DNA of 32,000 bases. Source: Acaryochloris marina S15 (GTDB taxonomy: Bacteria > Cyanobacteriota > Cyanobacteriia > Thermosynechococcales > Thermosynechococcaceae). The notes under the pieces are model-generated. The model was not told the origin of the DNA, searched no databases, and was given only the letters and a program-made list of their open reading frames with translations. The stretch lies in assembly GCF_018336915.1 (NCBI RefSeq), contig NZ_CP064923.1, forward strand, positions 30,001-62,000. The letters run 5' to 3'. Positions 8,857-16,156 of this stretch are shown one piece after another; position 1 is the stretch's first letter, and every line of letters begins with the position of its first letter. The translations under genes were made by a program, and so were the position numbers.

Positions 8857-9297
8857 ATGAAAACTCATAGACCTCACTCCCCCAATCCATTGTTGCTCAG
8901 AATGTTGCGGACTTCACATACTGACGACAAAGGTCTCACCCTGGTAGAAGCGCTGGTTTCATTGCTGATCTTTTTTGTGGCTGCAGCATCTATTGTGCCG
9001 GTTTTTTTGAACTACACAATTTCTACGATTAACAACGAAAGACGCACTGGAGGTATTGCTGTTGCTCAGCAAGTGCTAGATGGACTGCGCCAGGTAGATA
9101 CCACGACTCTACAAGCTACTGGCTCCGACACCCTAACAGATGTTTCTTACTTGGGTAAGACTTATACCCCTATCGTTACTTACTGCCAGAATCCAGCATT
9201 CTGCACCAACCCAGACTCCCGGCACATCACACTTCAGGTATTCCACAATGGCGACGAAATTTACCAAGCTGAAACTGTTTTCACCAACCTCCAATAA
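8857..9297 (+). CDS. PilV-like small minor pilin (cluster B, gene 2)
   Basis: 146 aa. The leader ends in HTDDK G|LTLVEALVSLLIFFVAAASIVPVF, with Leu at +1 and Glu5 present. Confidence 0.7.
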   Translation: MKTHRPHSPNPLLLRMLRTSHTDDKGLTLVEALVSLLIFFVAAASIVPVFLNYTISTINNERRTGGIAVAQQVLDGLRQVDTTTLQATGSDTLTDVSYLGKTYTPIVTYCQNPAFCTNPDSRHITLQVFHNGDEIYQAETVFTNLQ

Positions 9298-10294
9298 AGG
9301 TTTTACGCTGGTTGAATTATTGGTTACAACCCTTATTGCTTCGGTAGTGCTGGTCTCTTCTCTGGGACTGATTACCAACCAACGTAGGCGCTTTGTCTCC
9401 GATCAGGTTCGTGCAGAATCTAATCAAACCTTGCGGGTGGGTTTGGATCTCATAGGTGCTGATATTAAAAATACGGGAGACTTTTTAGAGACGGATATTA
9501 ATTTGCCTGTGGTGTCTGTTATAGATGGTGCAGCAGGAGCACCAGACGAAGTTATTCTGCAGCGCAAACTCATCTCTGACACATTGACCGTTTGTGAAGA
9601 TGTTAATGCTGGTGTCCAAGCAACCATAACCGTTGCTGTGAGACCTGGTGCTGGTGACTGTCCGATCTATTCGGATGGTAATAATGATGATTTGAACGAT
9701 CCACTGACCCTGGCAAGCAGAGAACGCTGTGAACAAGACAATGTTGCGGGATGTGATCGAGTAGCTGCCCTTGCCTCAACTACTTGTGATGACGAATGCG
9801 TAACGGCCTATATATATGACCCTGTAGACCGTGAGGGTGAATTTTTTAGTTACTCATTTGAGGCACCTGATGCGACGCCTAATCCGACTCTGAATCGGAT
9901 ATTTGTTGGGGATGGTGCTGCTTTCGCCAATACCTATCAAGTGGCCAATAGACCCGTGATTTATCTCCTTGAGCAGCGACACTACCGGCTGAATAACAAT
10001 GTATTACAGCTAAGTGTGAATCGGGGTAATTTCGTATCGATAGTCAACCAGGTTGCAGATTTTCAGGTACAAGCACAGTTGACGACCAATCCCAACCCTC
10101 TAGATGCATTTAATTCTACGCCAGGTGGTGATCCACAAACTTACCAGCAGACTAATCCCTTTACATCCTTGCAATTTCTACAGGTAGATTTGCAGTCTGT
10201 CGATCCATCTGAATCTGATTTAACGGAATTGGATGCCGATCAGCGCCAGATTTCTTCTAGATTCTATCCACGTAATGCTAAGTCCGACGATTAA
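9248..10294 (+). CDS. PilW-like minor pilin (cluster B, gene 3)
   Basis: The track ORF starts at 9140. Met37 (ATG 9248) gives MATKFTKLKLFSPTSNK G|FTLVELLVTTLIASVVLVSSLGLI, then RAESNQTLRVGLDLIGADIKNTG (PilW-like). No other ATG, GTG or TTG start lies between 9248 and the cleavage motif. The gene therefore overlaps the previous one by at least 50 nt. Confidence 0.7.
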   Translation: MATKFTKLKLFSPTSNKGFTLVELLVTTLIASVVLVSSLGLITNQRRRFVSDQVRAESNQTLRVGLDLIGADIKNTGDFLETDINLPVVSVIDGAAGAPDEVILQRKLISDTLTVCEDVNAGVQATITVAVRPGAGDCPIYSDGNNDDLNDPLTLASRERCEQDNVAGCDRVAALASTTCDDECVTAYIYDPVDREGEFFSYSFEAPDATPNPTLNRIFVGDGAAFANTYQVANRPVIYLLEQRHYRLNNNVLQLSVNRGNFVSIVNQVADFQVQAQLTTNPNPLDAFNSTPGGDPQTYQQTNPFTSLQFLQVDLQSVDPSESDLTELDADQRQISSRFYPRNAKSDD

Positions 10295-10359
10295 CGGTCT
10301 GTAGCTTTTTTGCCTTCCTATACAAGATTCTTTGCCTTACTTAGAGACTTATTACAGCT

Positions 10360-12882
10360 ATGAAGTACAATTCCAGCCGCTTTCACCACTCCTTATTTCA
10401 ACTGTTGGTACGTCTTCAGCAGACTCGGCAAAAAGAGGGAGGATATAGCTTAGTCGTTACAGTGGCGATGCTGTTGATTTTGTCTACCCTGCTCATTAGT
10501 GCTGCGGTAGTCAGCAAAGTGGATACAGCGAGTACCAATGCTTCTGCTAGAAGTAGTAATGGCTTTTATGCTGCAGAAGCTGGGCTGAACTTGCGTGCTT
10601 CACAAATCCAAACCCAGTTTCGAGGGTTTCAGCGCCCTACAGGCACGGCTCCCCTAGATGACAATAATGACGGCGAAGTGTGGGATAACTGCGCAGATGG
10701 TAGCAGTGTTGGCACGGGTGATTTTGATTGTCGTCCATTTACGTTTCAAGGCCAAGATGTCTTTACCTACATTCAAGAGGTAGGGCAAGATGACAATTTG
10801 GATGGTGTCCCCGATGATGTGGATGGGGATGGTGTGGCCGATCCAATCTCTATTGTGGTGCCACCTGGAGAGAGGTTTGCAGGCTTAAGTGCTCAAGAAT
10901 ATCGGTATGATTTATGGTCTGTTGCCCAACGAAATGATCTCCCTTCTGCTGTATTGGGTATGACCTTCAAGAGTCGGGTAATTCCCTTATTTCAATTTGC
11001 TGTATTTTATGAAAATGATGCTGATTTTAGTATTCCGCCTGATATGACCATTAATGGTCGGGTGCATACCAATGGCGATCTATATTTAAATTCAGCTTTT
11101 AATCCTCTGAGACTGACTATCAACGGTGATGTGACAACTGCCGGCACCCTTTACAGAGGGAACAAAGATGCTAGAGGTGGACAACAGTGCAGCGGCAACG
11201 TCACGATTCGTAGACAAGATGGTAATCCTCAAGATTTACTGTGCCAGGGCAACGCCATTACATCCTATACCAACACCACAGCGACCCCCTCTAATATCAG
11301 TACTTGGGGAACTGCTATTGATACTGGGATTGATGTATTAGAAGTACCATCACCAGATGCCTATAATCCCACTCCTGGTAGTAGTTATTGGGATGCAGCA
11401 GATCTGCGGATTGTTCTGGAAGTTGATACGAATGGCAACCCTAGCGATCGCAACGGTAATGGTTATGTACTCGAAGTTCGCAATCAGGATGGCACCCCTA
11501 ACGACAATTTATCTGAACGACTGTTGAGAAGTTGCCCAGTGCCAGAAGCAGTATTACAGCCTGATTCAGATGCAAGTCCAACTCAATACCAACAAGGGAA
11601 AACACGTCTGCAATTACTCGATAACAGCAATTTAGGTACAAATGATTCCAACAGAATTGTGACGATTGGTGATCATGTTACTGATTCAGTCAACGTCGAT
11701 GTTGATAGTAATGTCATTAGTAGTCGACCTGCCACTGATGTGCGCCTTAGGAAGAGACTAAACCAAGAAATTAACTTTGACCCTGCGAACCCTCTTAACC
11801 TACCTGCCCTTCCAGGGACAATAACAGTACGCAAGGCTGTTGTCTCTACTTCCAACACCTTCTACAACTATCGGGAAAAACATGGTGTAGCGGGTGGTGA
11901 TGAGGGTCGTTTTATTCGAATGGTAGATGTTGATGTGCAGGCACTGCTCGATTGTTCTCATGATCAGCAATTAATGGGAGCCACACAGCTGAATGATCGT
12001 ACTGATGGGGGTTTAGTGTGGTTTGTCACAGTAGATACCCCTGACCCTAAACCCAATCTCAGTGATGATCCAGATGCTGATAGCGATAATAACTCTCAAG
12101 TTGGCAGTATCTATGGCGTGCGTCTTTATAATGGCGCTTCTCTCAATACTAGTGCTGCAGTTACTGGTGCGCCGACCATTGAGGGATTAACGGTTATCTC
12201 TGATGAAGCAGTCTACGTTCGTGGTGACTATAACCTTCACACAGATCCTGATCCAGCTGTTGATACTTGGAGACCAGCAGCTATTATGGCTGACTCCATC
12301 AATGTTTTATCGAATTCATCTTTGCTCGATGACTCTGATCGCCGGATATTTGATACCACAGGTGGTGATGGACATCCCAACAACATCCAATATCCTCGAG
12401 GAGATAATCGAGGAACGATTAATTGGAATGCTGGTCCTCGCAATTCTACTGAAACTACTATCAATGCTGCCTTTCTCTCAGGAACTGAAATTACTGGGGG
12501 GGCCAACGGTTCAGCAACGCAGCTAAATACTATCCAAAGTGGTGGGGTCAACAACTTCCCGCGATTTCATGAAAATTGGTCTGGTATTCCTTTGAATTAT
12601 CGAGGGTCTTTGGTAAGCCTCAGTGAACCTCGGCGGATCAATTCTGATTTTTGTGGCAGTAGAAATGAAACTACTTGCAATATTTACAGCCCTCCGATCA
12701 GAAATTGGGATTTCGATCAGCGGTTTAATGATGCGGGTGACTTACCCCCACTCACGCCCCGAACGGTTTATTTGCGTCAGGAATTGTTCCAGCGTGATTT
12801 TGACCGCAACTCAAGTCGATCCGTGCAGTTGTTTGCTTCTGCACCTATTCTTCCTTCCATTCAGCCCAATTTTTCTCTGTAA
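10360..12882 (+). CDS. Large PilX_N-type pilus-associated protein with Asp-rich calcium-site-like motif (cluster B, gene 4)
   Basis: 840 aa. The N-terminus KEGGYSLVVTVAMLLILSTLLISAAVV has no Glu5 and is followed by NGFYAAEAGLN (PilX_N pattern). Asp-rich DDNNDGEVWDNCADGSS and DDNLDGVPDDVDGDGVADP occupy residues 100-161 (nt 10657..10842). The rest is long and Asn/Asp/Thr-rich. Confidence 0.6.
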   Translation: MKYNSSRFHHSLFQLLVRLQQTRQKEGGYSLVVTVAMLLILSTLLISAAVVSKVDTASTNASARSSNGFYAAEAGLNLRASQIQTQFRGFQRPTGTAPLDDNNDGEVWDNCADGSSVGTGDFDCRPFTFQGQDVFTYIQEVGQDDNLDGVPDDVDGDGVADPISIVVPPGERFAGLSAQEYRYDLWSVAQRNDLPSAVLGMTFKSRVIPLFQFAVFYENDADFSIPPDMTINGRVHTNGDLYLNSAFNPLRLTINGDVTTAGTLYRGNKDARGGQQCSGNVTIRRQDGNPQDLLCQGNAITSYTNTTATPSNISTWGTAIDTGIDVLEVPSPDAYNPTPGSSYWDAADLRIVLEVDTNGNPSDRNGNGYVLEVRNQDGTPNDNLSERLLRSCPVPEAVLQPDSDASPTQYQQGKTRLQLLDNSNLGTNDSNRIVTIGDHVTDSVNVDVDSNVISSRPATDVRLRKRLNQEINFDPANPLNLPALPGTITVRKAVVSTSNTFYNYREKHGVAGGDEGRFIRMVDVDVQALLDCSHDQQLMGATQLNDRTDGGLVWFVTVDTPDPKPNLSDDPDADSDNNSQVGSIYGVRLYNGASLNTSAAVTGAPTIEGLTVISDEAVYVRGDYNLHTDPDPAVDTWRPAAIMADSINVLSNSSLLDDSDRRIFDTTGGDGHPNNIQYPRGDNRGTINWNAGPRNSTETTINAAFLSGTEITGGANGSATQLNTIQSGGVNNFPRFHENWSGIPLNYRGSLVSLSEPRRINSDFCGSRNETTCNIYSPPIRNWDFDQRFNDAGDLPPLTPRTVYLRQELFQRDFDRNSSRSVQLFASAPILPSIQPNFSL

Positions 12883-12916
12883 CCTATTAGACGGAAGTCG
12901 ATTTGACGTTTGAAAT

Positions 12917-12968
12917 CCCATAGTACAAAAACAGGAGCTAAGCTTGGCTCCTGTTTTTGTACTATGGG
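12917..12968. terminator. Long perfect hairpin downstream of the pilin cluster B operon; likely a terminator
   Basis: cccatagtacaaaaacaggagc (12917..12938) is the exact reverse complement of gctcctgtttttgtactatggg (12947..12968). That gives a 22-bp perfect stem with an 8-nt loop, starting 35 nt after the stop at 12882. The T-run sits inside the descending arm rather than after it. A second small hairpin, ggctg-aaaa-cagcc, lies at 12974..12987. Confidence 0.55.
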
Positions 12969-13174
12969 CAGTGGGCTGAAAACAGCCTGATCAACTACCG
13001 AGTCACCTGATAGCTCTCCATCAAAGGAGTAGGATCAGTTAGTTTAGATTATGGCCATATTTTCCATACCTACTGCCTACTCCTTAGGACAGCAAGTCCT
13101 CAAGCCAGATTCAATATGACTACTCTTGTCGTCACTTATCGATTTATCTCAATACTTATGTGTGTTTGTAGTCA

Positions 13175-14194
13175 GTGATCACTTCTGATTCTGCACTGGC
13201 CTTCGACCGGCTCTTACCTATTGTGGTCCTGATCAGTGCTGCAATCCTTGATTTTGCGATTGGTGACCCTTGGGGGTGCCCCCATCCTGTTCAAATGATG
13301 GGTTGGATCATTCAACGCTATACCAAGGGAGCACTTCGGTGGTGGAATGAACCCTGGCAACTGCGGATAGCGGGTATACATCTGACGATCGCACTGGTTT
13401 GTAGCGTGAGTTTGGGGAGCTGGCTGCTGTTCTATGGGTTGGACCGGTGGGCTTGGCCGATTAGCTTGGGAGTAGAAGTTGTTTTGCTCGCCAGTTGTTT
13501 TGCCGGTCGTAGTTTACGTGATGCAACGGTTGACGTTCTTAAACCTCTAGCGAAAGCGGATCTAACCGTGGCGAGATCTCGGCTTCGTCGCTATGTCGGT
13601 AGAGACACCGATACCTTGGCAGAGCAAGATATCTTAAGGGCGTTACTAGAGACCGTTGCCGAGAATACCACGGACGGTGTGATGGCTCCTTTGTTTTATG
13701 CCTTGGTGGGTCTGGCCATTCCTGGGATAGGCCCCGTACCGATGGCGTTGTTCTATAAGGCGGTCAGTACATTAGATTCGATGATTGGGTATCGTACAGC
13801 CCCTTACACTGATCTGGGTTGGTTTAGTGCTCGTCTGGATGATGCGCTGACCTGGTTGCCCTGCCGATTGATGGTACTCACCGTTGGATTGTTATCGGGC
13901 AAACTCAAATCTGTCTGGGTGATTGGTTGGCGAGATGCCCGCAAGGATCCTAGCCCTAACTCGGGCTGGAGTGAATGCGCTTATGCTGCCATCTTGGGCG
14001 TGCAGTTGGGAGGACAAAATTGGTATCGTGGCGTTGCTAAACTAAAGCCGCTGCTGGGCAATCCCCTACAACGGATTACAGCGAAGCATATCGAAGTAGC
14101 GATTCGCCTCACCCGCAACTGCTTTTTGCTGTGGTTGGGATTGGCAGTGGCCTTCACTTGGTTAACGTTGCCAACCCCTGGGTCTTTGGGTTAA
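13175..14194 (+). CDS. cobD: Adenosylcobinamide-phosphate synthase CobD/CbiB
   Basis: 339-aa multi-pass membrane ORF with a GTG start. The N-terminal AILDFAIGDPWGCPHPVQMMGW and later ENTTDGVMAPLFY and PNSGWSE motifs are typical of CbiB/CobD. Confidence 0.9.
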   Translation: MITSDSALAFDRLLPIVVLISAAILDFAIGDPWGCPHPVQMMGWIIQRYTKGALRWWNEPWQLRIAGIHLTIALVCSVSLGSWLLFYGLDRWAWPISLGVEVVLLASCFAGRSLRDATVDVLKPLAKADLTVARSRLRRYVGRDTDTLAEQDILRALLETVAENTTDGVMAPLFYALVGLAIPGIGPVPMALFYKAVSTLDSMIGYRTAPYTDLGWFSARLDDALTWLPCRLMVLTVGLLSGKLKSVWVIGWRDARKDPSPNSGWSECAYAAILGVQLGGQNWYRGVAKLKPLLGNPLQRITAKHIEVAIRLTRNCFLLWLGLAVAFTWLTLPTPGSLG

Positions 14195-14199
14195 CGGTA

Positions 14200-15378
14200 T
14201 CAGTTGTCTTTGAGCAGCAAATAATAGAGCTGCCCGGATCCCGTCATCACCCCTGCTCGTTCCTTCGCTTTTGCCCCAGTCCCCATAAAAACATCCACCC
14301 GACCTGGGCCTTTGATTGCACTGCCCGTATCGTGATCTAGCACAAACCGACTGACATCTTTGAATTCTAGCTTTTGGCTGGCATTGTAGTAGGGTAAGTT
14401 GGTTTGGATCAGCGCTAATGCACCAGGGGGCATGAGCGATTTATCGGTTGCAATGGAGCGCTCATCGGTGACGGGGACATTCAGATTCCCCATGGGAGGC
14501 GAACCAAAGGTTTCTTGAAAAAAGACAAAGCTTTTGTTTTTGGGAATGTATAAATCTAAATCTTGAGGATTCTCGTCAAAGTACTGCAGTACAAGAGGTA
14601 GACTCAATTCCTCAAGGGTGAATTTGCCATCGGCAATTAAAGCTTTACCGATACTGGTATAGGGATGTGCGGTCTTTCCGGCATAACCGACTGTCATTTC
14701 TGTGCCATCAGTGATACCCAGACGGGCCGATCCTTGCACTTGGACTAGGAATGCCTGGATGCGATCGCGCAGCCATACCAACTCCAATCCCTGCAATTGA
14801 CCTTGAGATCCTTGCAAGCCATCTGCGCCCTCTAGCTCTGCTCGGGTGGGATGGGGTTTTGGCCATTCCTTCAAATCTGCGGGAGCCTGATACAGGGGGT
14901 AGCGAAACTCTGCGGTGGGTTTGCGGCTAGCGGGATAGGTCGCCTCGTAATATCCCGTAAAATCGACATTGCCCTTTTGGTCATTGCCAATAGATTGGTA
15001 AAACTGAAATTCACGCTTGACCGCCTTTTCTAGGGCTTTTGGCGACTTGGCCTGCACCACCAACTGCCGAAAACGGCGGAGGCTACGGGAGACACGATCG
15101 CGGGTGATACCCGGAACTTTATAGTCTTGGTAATCTTTTTGGGCTTTTTCAGTTCCTAAATACTCCAAGCTGTGATCAATCGCCGTCAGCAGCGCTTTAT
15201 AGTCTCCTTTCTGGCCATTTATTTTTTTCCATAGCTGTTTATCCTTTGCTAAACCCCTGGGCAGTTGGTCTGTAGAAATGACCTGTAAGGGAAGAGGTTC
15301 CATGGGGGGTGTTGCAGCCGTCAGAGAAGTGGTGGCAGCAGTACACCCCAAAAGCAAAGGCAGAGTTAGAAAAAACAT
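14200..15378 (-). CDS. mltA: Murein transglycosylase A (MltA-like lipoprotein)
   Basis: 392 aa. Signal peptide with lipobox LLLGC. MltA-type core (GSARLGITDGTEMTVGYAGKTAHPYTSIGKALI) and C-terminal 3D-domain motif DTGSAIKGPGRVDVFMGTG. Confidence 0.85.
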   Translation of the reverse strand: MFFLTLPLLLGCTAATTSLTAATPPMEPLPLQVISTDQLPRGLAKDKQLWKKINGQKGDYKALLTAIDHSLEYLGTEKAQKDYQDYKVPGITRDRVSRSLRRFRQLVVQAKSPKALEKAVKREFQFYQSIGNDQKGNVDFTGYYEATYPASRKPTAEFRYPLYQAPADLKEWPKPHPTRAELEGADGLQGSQGQLQGLELVWLRDRIQAFLVQVQGSARLGITDGTEMTVGYAGKTAHPYTSIGKALIADGKFTLEELSLPLVLQYFDENPQDLDLYIPKNKSFVFFQETFGSPPMGNLNVPVTDERSIATDKSLMPPGALALIQTNLPYYNASQKLEFKDVSRFVLDHDTGSAIKGPGRVDVFMGTGAKAKERAGVMTGSGQLYYLLLKDN

Positions 15379-15397
15379 GCAGTCAAACGATTAGAAC

Positions 15398-15649
15398 TTA
15401 ATAACGGTCGACGCTAGATAAGAAAACAGGTTCCACTCGAATGGCAGTAATGCTAGAAGGACGGATCACCATATACTCGCCCTGGATATTTTTAATGGGG
15501 ACGTTAATGAATTCCTTGGAGTCTGACTTGGGTACCAGCTCGTTGCTGTACCACTGCTGAAATTCTTGAATAGTTGCAAACCGAACCTCTTCTTTGTGGC
15601 CCCCTTCGATAAACAGGTGGACCGCATATTCATTGGCAGTTTTTGGCAT
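15398..15649 (-). CDS. Hypothetical small protein, probably co-transcribed with mltA
   Basis: 83-aa ORF that ends 19 nt before the mltA start on the same strand. I recognise no family. Confidence 0.5.
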   Translation of the reverse strand: MPKTANEYAVHLFIEGGHKEEVRFATIQEFQQWYSNELVPKSDSKEFINVPIKNIQGEYMVIRPSSITAIRVEPVFLSSVDRY

Positions 15650-16156
15650 TGTTGGATGTTGTGATGTACTCCGAGCTAATTATGGACAAAAACTAGCGCA
15701 AACATAACGAATGGATTGATATTCTTGTCTAACCCCATACCGATAGCAGCGGGTAAACCTCTCTCCTACCACAGCAGAGGATGGCTGTGAGCCATGGACT
15801 GGTTGATTCAGAATTCATCCTGCATCAAGGTTGACTGGGTGACCAGTGCGGTCAAGCGTTTCTCAAGTCTGGCACTGTTCATCTATCGATAAAGGAGGGA
15901 ACACTAAGAAGTTATGGGGCTAATATCTAATAAGATTCTCATAGGTTTTTAATATATTTATGAATCAAAAATAAACGAAAAAGTTTTCTAGTTGATAGTT
16001 AACAATACACTGATACCTACGCCCTTGAGGTCAATGCCTGAGCTGTCACCATAGATTTATTCACCTCAGTGAGACTAATGCTATATCGGCAACGTAAATA
16101 TAAATATATTTGTTAAAATAAAAAATGATCCCCGTGCTGAAAATAAGTTTAAGCCT

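Noticed and set aside
9140-9247. Upstream extension of the PilW-like ORF
   Set aside because: It would give a 53-residue leader lying wholly inside the preceding gene. The ATG at 9248 gives a normal 17-residue leader. Some overlap is unavoidable and is reported as a finding.
11673-12913. Alternative-frame and antisense ORFs (61, 107, 105 and 96 aa) within or overlapping the 840-aa gene
   Set aside because: They are nested in a continuous 2.5-kb frame with a coherent pilin-type N-terminus. Their sequences are low-complexity with no independent signals.
12969-13174. Possible cobalamin riboswitch upstream of cobD
   Set aside because: I looked for the conserved GGTG-AAATCC-type core and a B12 box (AGYCMGGNGACCTGCC-like). 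Only a weak aagccagat fragment is present. A covariance-model scan (Rfam cobalamin) would settle it.
13116-13178. 20-codon uORF (MTTLVVTYRFISILMCVCSQ*) whose TGA overlaps the GTG start of cobD
   Set aside because: It is short with no RBS, and such frames are common by chance. There is no evidence of conservation. It would be worth a look only if ribosome profiling data exist.
15650-16156. 507-bp spacer between the 83-aa gene and the GGDEF/EAL gene, as a possible structured RNA
   Set aside because: It contains only short stems (atggct-gtg-agccat and cctct...agagg). Nothing matches riboswitch cores I know. TSS data or a covariance scan would be needed.
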